64,000 nucleotides of DNA from Caldilineaceae bacterium (GCA_965228585.1 CBDDHX010000005.1:334965-398964); one strand, 5' to 3'; numbered from the stretch's first letter, positions 8,853 to 18,106 are shown. The notes: generated from the letters alone by a model not told the origin. Made by a program: numbers and translations.

Positions 8853-11465
8853 ATGACGCTGTCGCACGAAATTGTAACATGCTGTAAAGCACACAACTGG
8901 CAGGATCATGGTATAATTGGCTCAAATCGGCTCAGGTTCCCAGGTGCGCTCATGTTATTTATGCATTCCATTACCGAGATGATTCGGCAGGTCAACGGCG
9001 CGTTGAAAAATTGCCAAAGCGGGCTGGCACTGGCCCGGTCGCCGTTGGCCAATTCGCCATTGGTACATCCCCTCTTGGTGCTCGATGATGTTTCGCCCAC
9101 CGCGGACGAACGGGGACATGCCCTGTGGCTGGTGCTGCAGTGGGCCGTGGCCCGGCTGGCACCAGAACCGACCGAGTATCCACTCGGCACACCGCGCCCC
9201 TATGACGACCCCACGTGGCGCGATCCCCGCTGGTGGCGCTACAACATTTTGCGCCACCGCTACCTGGAACCATTGCACCCCGATGAGTTCATTGAAGGCG
9301 GGCGCTTTACCGAAACGCTGTTGGCGCTGACCGGGATCACCAGCGCGGATGCGTTCTTTGCAGAGCGCAATCGAGCCATTCGTGAGGTGGCCCAACGGTT
9401 GCAGGCACAGCTCTCTGGCGGCGAAGCCAACGTTGAACTGCAGGCGTTGGCGCTCGAAGAAGTGTTGCGTCCCTTGCAGCGCAATCCTGAGCACGCGGCT
9501 CTGTTGGGCATTGCGGCGACCTTTGACGATGTCTTTCCCCGTTCTCTGCTCTTGCAGATGGCCGCGGCTGAACACCTTGATCAAGCCGAACGGGCCTTGA
9601 ACGAACTGACGGCAAAGCGCTACCTGCTCATGGGTGATGGCGGGGTCAACCTGTGGCTGTCGCCCCTGTTGCAGAAATCGGTCTACGCGCGACAATCGAT
9701 GCTCCAGCTACACAATCGACATCTGGCCGCGGCCAGCTACTTTCAGCAGCAGGACGAGATGCTGAAAGCCAGCGAGCACTACAGCCAGGGCGGAGAATGG
9801 ACACAGGCCGCCAATCTCTTGCTCGCTGCCGTGGATGAGCTGACTGATGATCTGCACGTCGATGAATTGCTGGCCATCCTCGCTGACTTCAAGGCCGACC
9901 AGATTCCCCCAACACTTTGGTGTGCGGTGCAATTGGTGCGTTCCGATCTCTGCCAGCGACAGGGGGAGCAAGCCACCGCGCTGACCATCTGTCGTCAGGC
10001 GCTATCGGTGGCCAAAGATGCCACGCAGCGTGGACAGCTCTACTGGCGCATGGGCAAACTATATGAAAAACGCAACCAGATCCAGGCGTTGGAATATTAT
10101 GCGCGTGCCGCAACAGAGCTCACGCCACGCGATCCCACATTGGTAGAGCTGCTCAAGGATCGCGCTTGGCTGCACATCTTGCGGCGCGAGTGGCAAGCCG
10201 CGGAGGAGCATCTGCAACGGGCGCTGACCCTGCACCCGGCCCTGGCCAACGAGCAACGTGCTGATCTGCTGGATGCGTTGGCACACCTGCACCTGGAGCA
10301 ACAACATTTTGCCAGTGCCATCGATTATGCGCAGGAGTCGTTACAGCTGCGCGAGGCCGCGGGCGATCTGTTGCAGATCGCAAAATCGTTGAACAACCTG
10401 GGCAATTTTTACAATCAGATGGGAGAAGTGGACGCTGCCATTGCCGCCCACAACGAGGCATTGCAACTCTATCAAAAATTGAACAATCAAGCTTTGGAGG
10501 CCGAAGCATGGCTCAATCAGGGCGTTGTCTATCACACCGCAGGGCGCCAACGGGAGGCGATTGAAAAGTATCACAAAAGTCTGCTCCTCAGCCAGCGGAT
10601 GGAGCTGTTGTTAACGGAGGTAACGGCTCACTGCAACTTGGTGGAAGCCTATGCCGAGATTGGGGAGCGTGCGGCGGCGGAACAACATTGGCGCTTTGGC
10701 CATGCACTGAGCTCGCGGGCCAACTTTCGGGATGAACTGCTCTATCTGCAAGAGTTGTACCAGCGCTTTGCGTTTGCAGCCGAGCCACCCCTCTCCACAG
10801 CGGTTCAGCCACAGGTGCCAACCACCATTGCGCTGCCACGCGCACTGCTTGCACCAGATGAACAGGCCGTGCTTGCGCTGGCCACCACGCAAGGACAGGT
10901 GACCCCGCGCGTGCTCATGGCCCAATTGCACATCAGCAAAGCGACGGCTACCCGCCGTTTGGCCGCGCTGACGCAAAGCGGTTTGCTCATCAAACGGGGC
11001 CGCGGGCGGGGCACTTGCTATCTGCCGGCACCCGTGGCAGAGGGTGCACCAACACGCAGTGTCGAGCCCACTGTCGAGCTCACTGTCGAGCCTGTTGTCG
11101 AGCCTGTTGTCGAACGTGTCGGCGAGCCCTTACCCCGGGCCACGGGACAGCAGCGCGCGCAGCAGACAACCGATGCGGCAGTGCTGAGCCTGCGCGCGCT
11201 GCTGGAGCCACATCTTCACCGGTTGCGCGACGACTATCAGGTGACGGAGGTTGTGCTGTTGCGCACCGAGATTGCCGGTGCGCAGATCTATCAGTTGGGG
11301 GTCGCGTTTCAACAACCCCCGACCGTGGTCAACTTTTTCAAGCTAGAGGAGATGCTGGCAACCTGGTGTGGGCATCGCATCGTTCTGCTGCCGTTGGCAT
11401 TTTGTGAGACGGAGATTGTCGCGGCCCGATCCCAGCTCGTGCTTGCTGCGACCACTGGTCAATGA
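8853..11465 (+). CDS. Large TPR-repeat regulator-like protein with winged-HTH and a C-terminal degenerate nucleotidyltransferase-like region
   Basis: The central part is TPR-like (YWRMGKLYEKRNQIQALEYYARA, AKSLNNLGNFYNQMGEVDAAIAAHNEALQLYQKL). The HTH reads LMAQLHISKATATRRLAALTQSGLLIKRGRGRGTCY. The start is uncertain: ATG 8853 sits at the junction with the last partial repeat, and alternatives lie at 8952 and 8961. Confidence 0.65.
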   Translation: MTLSHEIVTCCKAHNWQDHGIIGSNRLRFPGALMLFMHSITEMIRQVNGALKNCQSGLALARSPLANSPLVHPLLVLDDVSPTADERGHALWLVLQWAVARLAPEPTEYPLGTPRPYDDPTWRDPRWWRYNILRHRYLEPLHPDEFIEGGRFTETLLALTGITSADAFFAERNRAIREVAQRLQAQLSGGEANVELQALALEEVLRPLQRNPEHAALLGIAATFDDVFPRSLLLQMAAAEHLDQAERALNELTAKRYLLMGDGGVNLWLSPLLQKSVYARQSMLQLHNRHLAAASYFQQQDEMLKASEHYSQGGEWTQAANLLLAAVDELTDDLHVDELLAILADFKADQIPPTLWCAVQLVRSDLCQRQGEQATALTICRQALSVAKDATQRGQLYWRMGKLYEKRNQIQALEYYARAATELTPRDPTLVELLKDRAWLHILRREWQAAEEHLQRALTLHPALANEQRADLLDALAHLHLEQQHFASAIDYAQESLQLREAAGDLLQIAKSLNNLGNFYNQMGEVDAAIAAHNEALQLYQKLNNQALEAEAWLNQGVVYHTAGRQREAIEKYHKSLLLSQRMELLLTEVTAHCNLVEAYAEIGERAAAEQHWRFGHALSSRANFRDELLYLQELYQRFAFAAEPPLSTAVQPQVPTTIALPRALLAPDEQAVLALATTQGQVTPRVLMAQLHISKATATRRLAALTQSGLLIKRGRGRGTCYLPAPVAEGAPTRSVEPTVELTVEPVVEPVVERVGEPLPRATGQQRAQQTTDAAVLSLRALLEPHLHRLRDDYQVTEVVLLRTEIAGAQIYQLGVAFQQPPTVVNFFKLEEMLATWCGHRIVLLPLAFCETEIVAARSQLVLAATTGQ
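11061..11129 (+). repeat. In-frame 12 bp tandem repeat (VEPT VELT VEPV VEPV VERV GEP) in a linker of the regulator gene
   Basis: The sequence gtcgagcccact gtcgagctcact gtcgagcctgtt gtcgagcctgtt gtcgaacgtgtc was read directly. Confidence 0.85.
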
Positions 11466-11674
11466 TTTGGGGGGCTATCGTGGAATCTGCTAGAATGGGT
11501 TGGCATCGTTCATGCGCATTGCAGCCGGCAGAATGGCTCTTTTTTGGCTTGCAATGGTGAGTTTTATGCAGTAATTTTCAACTAGTGTTGCGTAGATCAA
11601 CTGTTTCGTAGAGGCTTGAGAAGGCTCGGTCAGGGACAAAGGTTGGCAGAGACAATAGTTGGCAGGGACAAAGG

Positions 11675-11983
11675 TTGGATTGGCGGGGAGTAAGGATAAA
11701 GCGTGGTATGGAACTGATATTTTGGCGTGACGTGTCGATCATCTGGTTGTCGCTCTTCTGCTTCATCGGGCTGGCAATTCCATTGGTGGCGCTCTTCTTC
11801 GTGGTGCGCGCCATGAACACGCTCCACGAGCGAAGCTTGCATCTGTTGCGCCAGGCGCAAACCATGAGTCGACGAGTTCCCGTGCAGACCGAACAGATCG
11901 CCGACAAAGTTGCCGAGCCAGTGATCAAACTGCAGCAGCAGATCAAGCGGGCAGAAGTCTTTCTGCACTCGCTGTTGAAATAA
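11675..11983 (+). CDS. Small membrane protein, hypothetical
   Basis: One clear TM helix (IIWLSLFCFIGLAIPLVALFFVV) is followed by a charged helical tail. The start is possibly MELIFW at 11708. The overlapping - ORFs (11578..12093, 11630..12085) are Cys/Arg-rich and look non-coding. Confidence 0.45.
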   Translation: MDWRGVRIKRGMELIFWRDVSIIWLSLFCFIGLAIPLVALFFVVRAMNTLHERSLHLLRQAQTMSRRVPVQTEQIADKVAEPVIKLQQQIKRAEVFLHSLLK

Positions 11984-12144
11984 TGGGATTGGCCGAGGAC
12001 AAGAGCGCATAGCCAAATCTTGTTGATGAGAGCCGCTGACTTGTAGCACCAAGCGGATGACCGCTGACCGTCTATGCGCAGGCATTCAAACACGCTCGCA
12101 CAGGTAGTGTAATTACAGAGGTTTGATTACTCAATTGTAATAAT

Positions 12145-12231
12145 ACTGATTGCTCAAGTGCAATCGTGATAATTCTAATTGCTCAAGTGCAATCGTAAAT
12201 ATACTGATTGCTCAAGTGCAATCGTAAATAT
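12145..12231 (+). promoter_or_regulatory. Three tandem copies (about 29 bp period) of a palindromic box gATTGC-tcaagt-GCAATc
   Basis: The box attgctcaagtgcaatcgt appears three times at 12149, 12178 and 12207, and ends about 20 nt upstream of the ATG at 12253. Confidence 0.55.
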
Positions 12232-12252
12232 AAGGGCTTAGGATATTATTTA

Positions 12253-12453
12253 ATGAACCACCGTACAAAATCAGTTATTGTTGGGTTGGTGGCCGGTGCA
12301 TTTTTGGGGGCCGCGTTTGGCTGGGTCATTGGCGACGATGACCCAAATGAAGAGATGCCAGGGTTAGATGCTTTGGGGCCGGGTGACTATTTTCAACTGG
12401 GCATCAGCATTCTGACGTTGGCGCGCCAATTTGGCAACATGGTGCGTGGCTAA
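12253..12453 (+). CDS. Small glycine-zipper membrane protein, hypothetical
   Basis: MNHRTKSVIVGLVAGAFLGAAFGWVIGDDD... The ORF track starts at 12208, but the ATG at 12253 gives a conventional short N-terminus. Confidence 0.45.
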   Translation: MNHRTKSVIVGLVAGAFLGAAFGWVIGDDDPNEEMPGLDALGPGDYFQLGISILTLARQFGNMVRG

Positions 12454-12654
12454 CGCCACGCGAGCGACGATCTCGAATCCCAAACAGCCAAAAGATCACG
12501 GCATTTACCTTGCAGCTCGACTGGGGTGATTGTTGTTTTGGCACAACGATAGCATTTAGGTTCGACCATGCATTGCAAGGGAGTGCAGCGTACTCGGATT
12601 CCCCAACTTGAAACAGATCCATTCGACTGTGGGTTCAGCCGCACTGCTAAAATA

Positions 12655-12795
12655 AGCTCTGTTTGAAACCTACCGTTTTCAAGCCAACCGCGCTATAAAG
12701 TGGGCTCTGTTTGAAACCTACCGTTTTCAAGCCAACCGCTCTGCTAAAGTGGGCTCTGTTTGAAACCTACCGTTTTCAAGCCAACCGCACTATAG
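12655..12795. repeat. Family A palindromic element, three tandem short-form copies (about 48 bp each)
   Basis: The unit (a)agtgggctctgtttgaaacctaccgttttcaagccaaccgc.ctata occurs three times. A degenerate fourth copy may lie at about 12607..12654. Confidence 0.9.
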
Positions 12796-12853
12796 CTTGC
12801 CACATTGCTAGATGTTAAAGAAGAATGTTTACATGAAGACAAAGGAGTCTGAT

Positions 12854-14293
12854 GTGACAGTGAAACCAGGCACGGCGGAGCGTCCATTGCGGATTGCCAT
12901 CGTTGGTGCTGGCCCCTCTGCTTTTTACGCGGCTGGCGCACTTTTGCAGCAAAAAGATGTGTCGCTAAGCGTTGATATGTTTGACCGTCTGCCCACGCCC
13001 TATGGGTTGGTGCGTTATGGCGTGGCTCCCGATCACCAGAAGATCAAATCGGTGGCAAAGGTGTACGAGCGCACGGCTGCCAACCCCAATTTCCGCTTCT
13101 TTGGCAACATCGACTTTGGCACGGACATCACCCACGCCGATCTGCGCTGCCATTACGATCAGATCATCTATGCCGTGGGTGCTCAATCCGATCGTAAACT
13201 AGATATCCCCGGTGAAGATCTGGCCGGGAGCCTTTCCGCCACCGAATTTGTGGCCTGGTACAACGGTCATCCCGATTTTGCCGATTTAGCCATTGATCTC
13301 AGCGGCGAGGCCGCGGTTGTGGTGGGGGTGGGTAATGTTGCCATGGATGTGGCCCGCATCCTTGCCAAATCAGCCGACGAATTGCAGCAAACTGACATTG
13401 CCGACCACGCACTGGCCCAGCTGGCCAACACCAACATTAGAGATATCTATGTCTTGTCGCGCCGCGGGCCAGCACAGGTGAAGTTCACCCCGCCCGAGAT
13501 CAAAGAGTTCGGCGAATTGGAGAATGCAGATGTCATCGTCGATGGCACGGCACTCGTGCTCGATCCAGTCAGTGCAGCCGCCGCGGCAGCAAGTTCAGAG
13601 ACGCAGCGCAACCTGGAACACCTGCACGATTTCAGCGTGCGGTCGCCAGCGGGCAAAGAACGTCAGGTGCATTTTCGCTTTCTAGTTTCGCCGGTGGAAA
13701 TAGAGGGCGTGCCCAAAGAGAATGCCATGGCCAATGGCAGTGAAGTTGTCGCTGTTCGGGTGGAGAAGAACCGCCTCGAAGCCGATGAAAGTGGCTATCT
13801 GAATGCCGTGGGCACCGGTGAGTTTGAGACGATCCCTGCCAACCTGGTGTTGCGCTCGGTTGGCTATCGCGGGGTTGCACTGGAAGATGTGCCCTACGAC
13901 ACCCGCCGCGGCACCATTCCCAATACACAAGGACGCGTTCAGGATCCAGTCACTGGCACGGTTGTTGCTGGTGAATATGTGGTTGGGTGGGCCAAGCGTG
14001 GACCCAGCGGTGTGATTGGCACCAACAAGCCAGACGCGATCGAGACCGTGCAGCAGATGTTGGCCGATCTGCCGGATCTGCAACCCGCACCCGAACCGGA
14101 CCCGGCAGCGATCGATGCGCTGTTGGAAGAGCGCAAACTGGTCTTCGTCACCATCGAGGGCTGGCGCATTATCGATCAGCTAGAAGTGGCCAAAGGAAAA
14201 GAGCAAGGGCGTCCACGTATAAAGTTCACGCGCATCCAGGAGATGCTGGAGGCGCTCCACGCAGAAGTCCACATCAAAGCAACTGACGCATAG
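12854..14293 (+). CDS. fprA: NADPH-ferredoxin (adrenodoxin-type) reductase, FprA family
   Basis: RIAIVGAGPSAFYAAGALL and FDRLPTPYGLVRYGVAPDHQKIKSV match the FprA/AdR family. I prefer the GTG at 12854 because AAGGAG lies 6 nt upstream; the ORF track starts at 12812. Confidence 0.8.
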   Translation: MTVKPGTAERPLRIAIVGAGPSAFYAAGALLQQKDVSLSVDMFDRLPTPYGLVRYGVAPDHQKIKSVAKVYERTAANPNFRFFGNIDFGTDITHADLRCHYDQIIYAVGAQSDRKLDIPGEDLAGSLSATEFVAWYNGHPDFADLAIDLSGEAAVVVGVGNVAMDVARILAKSADELQQTDIADHALAQLANTNIRDIYVLSRRGPAQVKFTPPEIKEFGELENADVIVDGTALVLDPVSAAAAAASSETQRNLEHLHDFSVRSPAGKERQVHFRFLVSPVEIEGVPKENAMANGSEVVAVRVEKNRLEADESGYLNAVGTGEFETIPANLVLRSVGYRGVALEDVPYDTRRGTIPNTQGRVQDPVTGTVVAGEYVVGWAKRGPSGVIGTNKPDAIETVQQMLADLPDLQPAPEPDPAAIDALLEERKLVFVTIEGWRIIDQLEVAKGKEQGRPRIKFTRIQEMLEALHAEVHIKATDA

Positions 14294-14350
14294 CAGTTGC
14301 ACAAAGGCAAGAACGGTGCTGCGCTTGCCTTCACGCACATGGTCACACTA

Positions 14351-14391
14351 TCCACGGCCCACTCCGAAAGACGGGTGGGCCGTGGATTTTT
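14351..14391. terminator. Rho-independent terminator between convergent genes
   Basis: A perfect 12 bp stem (tccacggcccac 14351..14362 with gtgggccgtgga 14375..14386) is followed by TTTTT at 14387..14391. Confidence 0.8.
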
Positions 14392-14397
14392 GCGTGC

Positions 14398-15021
14398 CTA
14401 CGCTGCCGCTTCTTGGGCGCGGACCTGTTCCACGACCTGCACCAACACATCGTACGGCTGGGCACCCGAGACCAAATATTTGTTCTGAAAGATTAGCGCG
14501 GGCACACCATTGATGCCATAGCTGTGCGCCGTGGCAACATCGCCCAACACCGCCTCTTCCCAGACGGGATCATCGAGTGCCGCGCGAAATGCTGCGCCAT
14601 CGATGCCGGCAGCTTGCGCAATGGCGACCAATGTCTCGGTCTCGGCAATGTTCTGGGCTTCGTGCCAATAGGCGTGCAACACACCATCGTGATAGGCGGG
14701 GCCACTGGCGATGGATTCTGCATATTTTGCCCCCACGAGCGCGGGGCGGCTGTCGATTCCCCATGGCCCCTGGTTCAGATCGAGCCCATATTGCTCCTTG
14801 GCGATCTGATAGAGGCGTGGACGTCCGGCCATGATCTTCTCGCGGTATTCTGGCGGCAGCGGGGGGGCTTCGCGCGGGCGCAACTCGAAAGAACGCCACG
14901 CAACGGTAATGTCATGTGAGGCTGCGAGCTTCTCCAAACTGGAGGCTACGAGATAGCACCAGGGTCAGACATAGTCGGACCAGACGTCAATGTAGATGGG
15001 CGAGGCTGGAGTGTGAGTCAT
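14398..15021 (-). CDS. DsbA/FrnE-family thiol:disulfide oxidoreductase with an in-frame TGA at the first Cys of the CxxC motif (candidate selenoprotein, otherwise a pseudogene)
   Basis: The reverse complement from ATG 15021..15019 reads MTHTPASPIYIDVWSDYV-TGA-PWCYLVASSLEKLAASHDITVAWRSFELRP... The TGA occupies 14967..14965 as codon 19. DsbA/FrnE proteins read I.VD.WSD..CPWCY at this point. The ORF track only shows the part downstream of the TTG at 14937. Confidence 0.7.
14928..14946 (-). promoter_or_regulatory. Candidate SECIS-like hairpin downstream of the in-frame TGA
   Basis: The mRNA reads AGC-C-CUCCA-GUU-UGGAG-AA-GCU, giving a 5 bp apical stem plus a 3 bp lower stem. The apical loop GUU starts 25 nt after the UGA. 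The hairpin is small and unvalidated. Confidence 0.3.
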
Positions 15022-15358
15022 CGTGGTTCTATCCTGTTTCGTTTTCAAATGCACGGCTGTCATATACAACGGGTACAGCTACAGTTGCTACAGTAATGAG
15101 TTGCCAGGAGTTACCGGGGCCAAAGCGTAACCGCGCGGCGAGCAAAGCGGTTGCAGATTTCCACCGTGGCAGAAGCCTGTTGGAGCAGGTGCTGCCCAAT
15201 GGCACCGTTCAACCGAATGATGCAGAGATTGATCTTTGTTCAGAAATTGGACTTTGGTCAATATCCCGGTCGCTCGCTTTGCCGCAACAGACCATGCGCT
15301 TTCATCATCGCAGTGTGGATGCCGCGGGTGGTAAGGCAAAGCGTGATTCGGGAACTAC

Positions 15359-18028
15359 TCAGTGCGCATCGTTCTTGCTTTTGGGCCAGATAAAGCGGAA
15401 AGTTGCGCCGGCCCCTTCTTCTGATTCTACCACAATCGCCCCCCGCTGGTTGTCAATGATTTTTTTGACAATCGAGAGACCGATGCCACTGCCTTCGACC
15501 TTGTCGCGCGGCTGCAGCGTCTTGTAAATTTCAAAGATGCGGTCGTGATAGATCGGGTCGATCCCCGGCCCATCATCCTGAACCGCAAATTCTACCACAT
15601 CCTCCTTTTCCACCGCGGTTACCGTTACCGTGCCATCGGCTTGCCCGTGATGTTTGATCGCGTTGATGATCAGGTTGCGGAAGACAGTTTCCAGCGGAAC
15701 CTGCCACGTATAGATCGTGGGCAGCTGGCGTGGGATGCAAAGGGTGAACGGCGGCGTGAGGAGCAATTCTCCCACATTCTGTACCAACTGGTGGACATCC
15801 ACAAATTCTGGCTCGCCACGATAGCGATCTGCTCGCGAATAGGCAAGCAGATCCGTGAGCAAACGCTCCATGCGTACCGTTCGATCGCGCAGCTTTTCCA
15901 AATGTATACCCGACCCCTGGGGGAGCAGATGGCCCGCGTCCTCGGTGATCCAAGTGGCCAGGTTGTCTATCGCCCGCAGTGGTGCCCGTAGATCGTGGGA
16001 AGCAATATAGGCGAAGTGGTCAAGTTCCTGGTTGCGTCGTTGGAGCTCTGCTGTGCGTGCCGCCACCTGTTGTTCCAGCGTTTCGTTCAGCGAACGGAGC
16101 TTGGCTTCAACCTGGCGCGCATTTTGATAGAGTTGCAAATTGTCGACTGCCAGAGCGATTCGGTCGGCAATCTCTTCGGCCAACTGCTGGTCAGTCGGTT
16201 CAAAGGCTGGTGCCGTGCCAATACGGATCAGGCTGAGCGTGCCCACAATCGAATCGCGGATGCGTAGCGGAACAACGAGCGCAGAGGAGATCCCCAACAA
16301 GCGCAGGGTTGCCAGATGTTCCTCATCACGAGCTGTATGGACCAGGTGCTCGTCTGTCACCTGGGGCAGGAACAAGCTCTCGCCCGTCTGAAAGACTTGG
16401 CTCCGGCCCATCTCCATTGGAAATTGTGCAGCATCTCGGGGGTGAACTCGGGCTAGCGCAGAAAAGGTATGGCTGCCCTTTGCGTGCGCCAACGCGGCCT
16501 GGCGCAGCACCTGCTCGGTCGGTGTGCGCGCGGGGCTGGCCAACGATAGTGGACTAGCCTCAGCACTGTCTGTTTCAGCACTATCTGTCGTCAAGAAGTC
16601 AACCAAACACCAATCGGCAAACTCTTCGACGAGTAGTTCGGCCACCTGTTGCAAACTGTCTTCATATTCGAGCGAGGCGGCCAGAATGGTGCTGGCTCGG
16701 GCCAGCAGACGCAGCCGTGCTTCTGCTGCCTTGCGGGCACAGATGTCCTCGATGACCGAGATGAAATATTGGGGCTGATCCTCGGCGTCATATTGCAGGG
16801 TCGCGGTGAGATGGATCCAGATGATGGAGCCATCTTTGTGGATGTAGCGCTTTTCGGCTTGATAGCGATCGGTGGTGCGATCGATTAGCGACTGCAACCC
16901 TTGCAGATCATTGGCGAGATCTTCAGGGTGGGTGAGCTCCTGGAAGGTTAGCTGCAACAGTTCCTCTGCCGAATAGCCCACAATTGTAGAGAGCCGTTGA
17001 TTGACCCGCAACCAGAGACCATCCAATCCAATGTGGGCAATGCCCACCGCGGCATTTTCAAAGGTGCTGCGGAAGCTGGCTTCGCTGGTGCGCAGGGCCG
17101 CTTCGGTTGTCTTGCGCTGCGTAATGTCTAGCCCAGAAGGGACGAGATGGGTGATGGTGCCATTGCCATCAAAGATGGGTGCCAGTGTGAAGTCAATATC
17201 AATATATTCACCCGCAGCTACACGCACCAGAACGTCATGGCGCAATCGTTCGCCCTGCGCGGCGCGTTCAATGTCCGCTTTCATTTCGGCCTGCACTGCC
17301 GGTGAGTAGGACCACCAATAGGTCTCCCAGAATGGTTTGCCCACCACATCTTCGGGCTGTAAATTGGCCGATTTCAGCGCTGTCTGGTTTGCCTGGAGCA
17401 AGATTCCTTCTGGTGAGAGCAGACCAACAAACGAGAAGAGGTTATCGATGACCTGGCGCAGCTGCTCTTCGCTCTGTTGCAGCTCCCGTTCAGCCCGGAT
17501 TCGTTGTTGCAGATGGACGCGCAGTGCAATTTCATCTTCCACAATCGCCGCCACTTCCGACAACACTGCAATATCCCGGTCCGACCACTTGCGCGGCTTG
17601 TCGTCAATGACACAGAGCGCGCCGAGCGTTTCCCGATCGGGGGCATGGATCGGCACACCCAGGTACGCCATCACGTTGAGATCGACAATGGCCTTGTTTT
17701 CTGCCACCAATGGCTCGATCGTAGAATCGTTGATGCAGAGTGGTGCGTCATTGTTCACCACATGTTGGCAGAAGGAGTGCGACAGCGCTGTCTCGCGTGC
17801 GCTGTGCCAAGGCTCGGCCAATCCTTTGCTGCTCTTGAAGAATTGGCGGTCAGCTGTTACCAGCGAAACCAGCGATACTGGTGTATTCAACAGCTGGCTC
17901 GCCAATTCTGTCAGCCGGTCAAATGCCCGTTCCGGCTGGCTGTCCAGCAGTGCAGTCTCTGCCAGGGATCGCAGTCGAGCTGGCGAAGCGAGGACTGATT
18001 GTTCTGGTGGTTTGGATGATTGAGTCAT
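15359..18028 (-). CDS. Multi-sensor histidine kinase (GAF and PAS domains, HisKA, HATPase_c)
   Basis: H-box FAYIASHDLRAPL, N/G boxes NLIINAIKHHG and DDGPGI ... GSGIGLSIVKKI, and upstream GAF/PAS-like blocks. The ATG at 18028 (MTQSSKPP) is preferred. The track start at 18100 is a TTG inside a 15 bp tandem repeat. Confidence 0.85.
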   Translation of the reverse strand: MTQSSKPPEQSVLASPARLRSLAETALLDSQPERAFDRLTELASQLLNTPVSLVSLVTADRQFFKSSKGLAEPWHSARETALSHSFCQHVVNNDAPLCINDSTIEPLVAENKAIVDLNVMAYLGVPIHAPDRETLGALCVIDDKPRKWSDRDIAVLSEVAAIVEDEIALRVHLQQRIRAERELQQSEEQLRQVIDNLFSFVGLLSPEGILLQANQTALKSANLQPEDVVGKPFWETYWWSYSPAVQAEMKADIERAAQGERLRHDVLVRVAAGEYIDIDFTLAPIFDGNGTITHLVPSGLDITQRKTTEAALRTSEASFRSTFENAAVGIAHIGLDGLWLRVNQRLSTIVGYSAEELLQLTFQELTHPEDLANDLQGLQSLIDRTTDRYQAEKRYIHKDGSIIWIHLTATLQYDAEDQPQYFISVIEDICARKAAEARLRLLARASTILAASLEYEDSLQQVAELLVEEFADWCLVDFLTTDSAETDSAEASPLSLASPARTPTEQVLRQAALAHAKGSHTFSALARVHPRDAAQFPMEMGRSQVFQTGESLFLPQVTDEHLVHTARDEEHLATLRLLGISSALVVPLRIRDSIVGTLSLIRIGTAPAFEPTDQQLAEEIADRIALAVDNLQLYQNARQVEAKLRSLNETLEQQVAARTAELQRRNQELDHFAYIASHDLRAPLRAIDNLATWITEDAGHLLPQGSGIHLEKLRDRTVRMERLLTDLLAYSRADRYRGEPEFVDVHQLVQNVGELLLTPPFTLCIPRQLPTIYTWQVPLETVFRNLIINAIKHHGQADGTVTVTAVEKEDVVEFAVQDDGPGIDPIYHDRIFEIYKTLQPRDKVEGSGIGLSIVKKIIDNQRGAIVVESEEGAGATFRFIWPKSKNDAH

Positions 18029-18046
18029 GGCCAATTTGTTTGTAGA

Positions 18047-18106
18047 AGCGTTCGATACAGCAGCGTTCGATACAGCAGCATTCGATACAGCAGCATTCAA
18101 TAGAGA
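18047..18106. repeat. 15 bp tandem repeat x4 (agcgttcgatacagc) immediately upstream of the kinase start
   Basis: Read directly. It would encode AAVSN x3 if translated from the TTG at 18100. Confidence 0.85.

Noticed and set aside
11466-11580. A possible terminator after the regulator gene (gcattgcagcc...ggcttgcaatg with ctctttttt inside).
   Set aside because: The T-run lies inside the loop rather than after the stem and the pairing is imperfect. It is too ambiguous to annotate.
15022-15358. ORFs between the DsbA-like gene and the kinase (15088..15339 -, 14916..15527 +) as real genes.
   Set aside because: They have no motifs, a His/Cys/Pro-rich composition and no RBS. The region is more likely the promoter and leader of the DsbA-like gene.
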